Part shown: piece after piece, positions 61,149 to 64,000 of the stretch | How positions within the stretch are numbered: position 1 is the first letter of the stretch | How the letters are laid out: the number at the start of each line of letters is the position of its first letter | NCBI GenBank assembly: GCA_965153455.1 | Contig: OZ234493.1 | Location: 11,398,213-11,462,212, forward strand | Direction: 5' to 3' | DNA length: 64,000 bases | Source: Sphagnum compactum | Taxonomy: Eukaryota | Made by a program: the position numbers and the translations under genes | Notes under the pieces: generated by a model | What the model was told of the DNA's origin: nothing | Databases searched by the model: none | The model's input: the letters and a program-made list of their open reading frames with translations, nothing else

Positions 61149-64000
61149 TATATTGTTTGGGTAATACCATGTGAAGGAATTTTTTATTCCCCATTTCTCA
61201 TTATTATTTAATTTTCTAATATGTACATATTTAAGCCACCTTAAATTAAATTATACTTTTTAAATTTTGATACCATATATTTATTTAAACCAAGCTCCCA
61301 ATTGTTTTTACAAGAAGTTCGGAAAGTGGAAATGATGGGAGTTTGCTGGAAATAAAATAAGAAGAGTTGTGGGTGGGTAGTGGATACCTCTCCGATGAAG
61401 GGGAAACCAAAGGTAGAAGCCATCTCATGAACCACAAAGATGTACAGCTCCCCTCCTGCTTTAGTCCTTAGAGTCATTAGAGAAAGAGGAAAGAGAAGTT
61501 GTTGGGAAGAAAGGTTAGTTTCGGCCTCCTTGGATTCTAAATCCAGAATTGCAATGCATTAGCCATTCTTTAGGGCTTCTAGAACCGCACTCAAAGCTTG
61601 CTCTTCCATACTTTCTATCTAAATTTTAACATTGAAATAAAACCTTGCGTCTTCTTTATTGGAGATCCAAGAAGAAGGACAATTCTTGAGAGATAGGTTC
61701 TGAAGGTTGTTATGGTCATGAGCTCCTCTTGCATAGAAGATTTCGACAAGATTGCGGATAAGCATATCGCTCTCATCCTTTTCCTTGCAACATTGGAGTG
61801 AAATATAGTCGACAAAGAAAAAAAAAAAAAAAGATGCAATTCATGCGGGATGATAGATCGATCTAACGATGATGAATCCTTCCCAAATGTTAATCATCAT
61901 TTTCTTCCCAAATGAAGATTACATTAGTAATAGCAATGTGGAATGCCATTGCTATCGCATCATTAAAACAAAACAATTTTAATGTATTGGATTGATTGAA
62001 AGCTTGCACCTTCTGTGGTTGTTCATGCGTGGTGCTTCCTTGCCTTCCCAGCCACAATGAACCAACACCCACCAGTGCACCGTGAAGGATGAATGATAAG
62101 TTGTCCGGATACAATTTTTTGTTAGGTTTCAGTTCCCTTGCTAACCACGGTGGTTACCTAAATTGTTTTTTTTTTGGTACCTACCTACTAACAACCCCCA
62201 AGTAGGTTGTTAATAGGTAGGTAGTAAAAACAACCTTTACATATGTATAAATAAACCATTTACTTAATAGTTATTATTTTCCTACCTACCTACCTATGCA
62301 TGAAACCTATTTCCTATCACAAAAGTTGGAATTTCTTGGCATTTATATATTTGATGGGGAGTTTGTCACCCTCTTGCATACACATTCCTAAGGAATTTAC
62401 CACCCTCTTTCCATACCCTAGTGGTTTTGTAAGACTTGACATTTACATTTACATCAAGTACCTCGAAAAAACCTATAATGCATTTGGAAGGCACCTTATA
62501 TCCCATCAATTTCCCTCCTTGAAAATGGGAGGGATACTATGCGTACTATTCAAAAGTGGGAAGGTTCTTACACCTAAAAGTAGGCATAATATCCCTCTCA
62601 CTCCTACGCCTCATGATCTATATAAATTCAGTTCATGATAAATTTTTCTTCATGTTTTATGGTAGGTAAAGCCCATGGGTGGGGGACATTCCCAAAATGG
62701 GGGGCTAGACTTGGCGATTGTCTCATCCTAGACCCCTTATTTTGAGAATGTCCTTATCCTAGGGCTTTACTTTACACACAAAACTTGGAATGGGGAAATT
62801 CTGAAAAGAACAAATTAAATCTAAAACTATATCCAAACTCATCACTTTAAGAATTTTTCAAATTCTAAGAACTTTACAAAAGTGGAAAGTCCCATTTTTA
62901 ATCAAATTGGGATCTACCCCAAATGGAAGGTGTTACCCAAATTTAAAGACATGTGACCTAATAGGTTGAAAATGTAAGCAAATTGTTAAACTTAACTTAT
63001 TATTTAACCTAACCATATTTCTCTGTGTGTTATGAGTGTACTAAATTTCACTATAATGGCAATTTTGGTACAAAATAAAGTACGAGTGGACTAAATTCAC
63101 AATTGAACAAAGTGATGTTGTGATGATTTTTCTTACTATCTTCAAATGTGGTAGTTGATAATCTCTTGAGATAGTAAGGTTGGGTGGAAAATATCCTCCC
63201 ATTGTTGTGCAAGAATCTTTTGCAATATTTTTGTACCTTGAGTGTTTGACAACTACTTCGTCGTTCATTTAGCCCTAACATGCAAAGAGAAGAAAATCAT
63301 TTGGCTTAGTGGCCTAATTATGAGCTTGAAAAATTAATTATGAAAGAAATCCTGTATCTCTTATTTGATTGAACCCAAAAGAAGCAAAGGGACGCCCCTA
63401 AATTTTACTTACTAACAACATTAAAAAAATGGGTAATTGGTTTTACACAAAATTTTAAGTAAAACCCAAATGAATTTTCTAGTGAGCAATTTTGGACAAG
63501 ATTGCAACTTTTGCAAGGTAGGTCAAAACTCACAAACCACACGAAAATTTAAAGAAGTGAATTCACCCACCCAAAAGAATCTTGATTCTTGCCTTCTTTC
63601 TCTAAAGGAGATAGAACAAAACAAAGGCTCAAATTCTAGCTCAAGAACTGCACGTCAAGAAAAGAATGATAGAAACAAAAATGAAAAAAAATCATGAATT
63701 CACCTTGACACCCAATTACATCAATTGGTGAATCAATCTCACTTGCTTGATGCTGGTGATGATGACGACGACGAGGTATCAAGGATAACATTCATATATA
63801 TAGATAGACAAATACCCAAAATCAATGAATACATGGAAAAAGGAATTCATGAATGTTGAAACATATTCAAATTTCAAGATAAGGACAATTGGGTGCAAGT
63901 CTAGCGGATTGTAGCACAATGATGGGCACACCTGCATTCAGATCATGTAGAGTTCAAGGTCTTGAATATTTTCCTTACTAGTACGTTCCCTGCAATTAGT

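Overview
Eukaryotic land-plant genomic DNA; gene style and repeats suggest a bryophyte, possibly Sphagnum (inference). It carries four apparently intact intron-containing host genes, all on +: a PIN-LIKES auxin carrier (14493-18289), an ABCG22/27-like half transporter (21075-26859), a BAT1-like amino-acid/GABA permease (38861-43389) and a divergent tocopherol-cyclase-like protein (48008-51022). Transposons make up much of the rest: a young Ty3/Gypsy element cut by the window edge (1-3297, -); a putative Helitron carrying a captured WEB/PMI2 gene fragment (~3300-4934, -); a complete but mutated 7.6-kb Helitron whose RepHel has three introns and 23-aa STPR-like repeats (5918-13499); three non-autonomous mini-Helitrons; a decayed two-LTR Gypsy element; a MITE; a CRE-like RLE LINE fragment; and a non-autonomous CACTA element with TSDs. 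The most notable observations are the non-canonical tocopherol-cyclase-like gene with a triplicated splice acceptor, three GC-AG introns in the ABCG gene, the GC-rich intron-bearing Helitron, and a telomere-repeat patch replacing sequence inside a mini-Helitron. All calls were read by eye; no database searches were run.
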